Source: Vicugna vicugna
Lineage: Eukaryota
Length of the DNA stretch: 64,000 bases
Reading direction: 5' to 3'
NCBI GenBank assembly: GCA_013265495.1
Contig: MU058418.1
Span: 2,320,917-2,384,916, forward strand
Part shown: positions 62,891 to 64,000 of the stretch, one piece after another
How the letters are laid out: the number at the start of each line of letters is the position of its first letter
Numbering within the stretch: the first letter of the stretch is position 1
Program-made: the position numbers and the translations under genes
The notes under the pieces: generated by a model
What the model was told of the DNA's origin: nothing
The model's database searches: none
What the model saw: only the letters and a program-made list of their open reading frames with translations

Positions 62891-63356
62891 GACTCTTCTC
62901 TTGGTCCTCACAGGCCACGTTCTCAGTATGTTGATAGAAATAGCTCACTTGGGCAGGGAAAGGGCTGCCTAAACCATCTCAGCTTTGGTTTTGCCTGAGA
63001 CATTACAGGTCTCTAATGACCTAAAAGGCTACTACAAATATCCCCAAATCATTACAGGGAAGTCACAACAATACCTTATTCCTAGGAGAATTGTGAAGCC
63101 CTTTGAATTAAAATCAAGATAGGCCATTGACTAGGGATGAGACAGTGTGTCCTTTCTATAAAAAACTGAACACAGTGTTAAGTGCTGATTTGATGCAATT
63201 TGTTTGAACAGAGTATGAGAGAAGATACAAGTAAAACTTGGGACAAGTGGTTTCAATGAAAAATTCTGCAGCTAGAAAAATCATCCCATGTGTGAGACTT
63301 GGACTTGAATTTTCTATACACCCCTCTATGTTTCATGGCTTTCAAAAATACACAGA

Positions 63357-63852
63357 TGTATTATCTAGGATTTGGTTCAGCTGTCAAGTGACAGAAAACT
63401 CAAAATAGTAGCAACAGAAACAAAACAGAGAGCAAGAATAATTCTCATATAGATATAGGATGTCAGGCTGGTGTGGTGGCCCATGACCACCAGGGACCCA
63501 TGTTTCTTCTCTCTTATTATTCCAACATCTTCAGCATTATGGCTTCCCCTTCAGGGACCAAGATGGCTGCTCCAGCTCAATCATCACACTCACATTCCAG
63601 TTGGCAAGAAGAAGAAAAGAGAAATAGGGTATGTCCCTTCCTTTCAAGGACATTTTCTAGAAGGTGCCATACAACACATCCACTCACATCTCACTGGTCA
63701 GAACTGTAACATGACCACAGCTAGCTGCAAGGGAGGTCTAGACATATGCTATTTATTCTAGGTGGCCATATGCCCAGCCAAAATTGGAGGTTCTATTATT
63801 ATAGAATAAAGGGAGAACGAATATTGGAAGATAGGTATTGGTTTCTACCACA
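63357..63852 (-). mobile_element. MLT1I/J-like MaLR LTR
   Basis: TAGGATTTGGTTCAGCTG..GACAGAAAACTCAAAATAGT...CAAGATGGCTGCTCCAGCTC..CACATTCCAG...CTAGCTGCAAGGGAGG...TCTACCACA. Confidence 0.8.
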
Positions 63853-64000
63853 CATTAAAAAAATAAGATAAAAATAGCCTCCACTCAGAAGTAATTACTG
63901 TTAACATTTTGATATGTAGCATATATATATATATACATACATATATAATTTCTTTTACAAAACTGAGTCCATACTGTATATACTGAATTTTTGTTTGTTT

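Noticed and set aside
62407..62972. His/Thr- and Cys/Val-rich ORFs
   Set aside because: Translation artefacts of the CA-rich low-complexity tract.

Overview
This is 64 kb of repeat-rich mammalian non-coding DNA (intergenic or inside a large intron). I can support no protein-coding gene, structural RNA gene, CRISPR array or prokaryotic system. The short ORFs in the track are either unrecognisable or fall in transposon relics (L1 ORF2, L3/CR1 RT, possibly a hAT transposase). A tRNA-Ala-like SINE with a perfect 14-bp TSD, cetartiodactyl-type L1 3' ends, and no Alu, B1/B2, SINEC, PRE1 or Bov-A/BovB elements that I could see point to a camelid genome (inference). A large part of the window is recognisable interspersed repeat: L1 of several ages, L2, MIR, L3, MLT1/MaLR LTRs, ERV1-class LTRs (MER34-like and others), a MER21-like LTR, and the DNA-transposon MITEs MER5, MER33, MER53 and Tigger2. 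The most informative structures are: an internally deleted MER34-like provirus bounded by a 4-bp TSD (48843-50237); a solo LTR retaining CCAAT/CCAAT/TATA/hairpin/polyA architecture (~43511-44011); a young L1 with a perfect internal 76-bp duplication; a MER53 split by an L1; a chimeric L1 insert in an L2; and a few candidate cis-regulatory or non-coding-exon segments in unique sequence. I found no convincing new biological system. Repeat subfamily names come from recalled consensus features, not a database search, and boundaries without a TSD are approximate.
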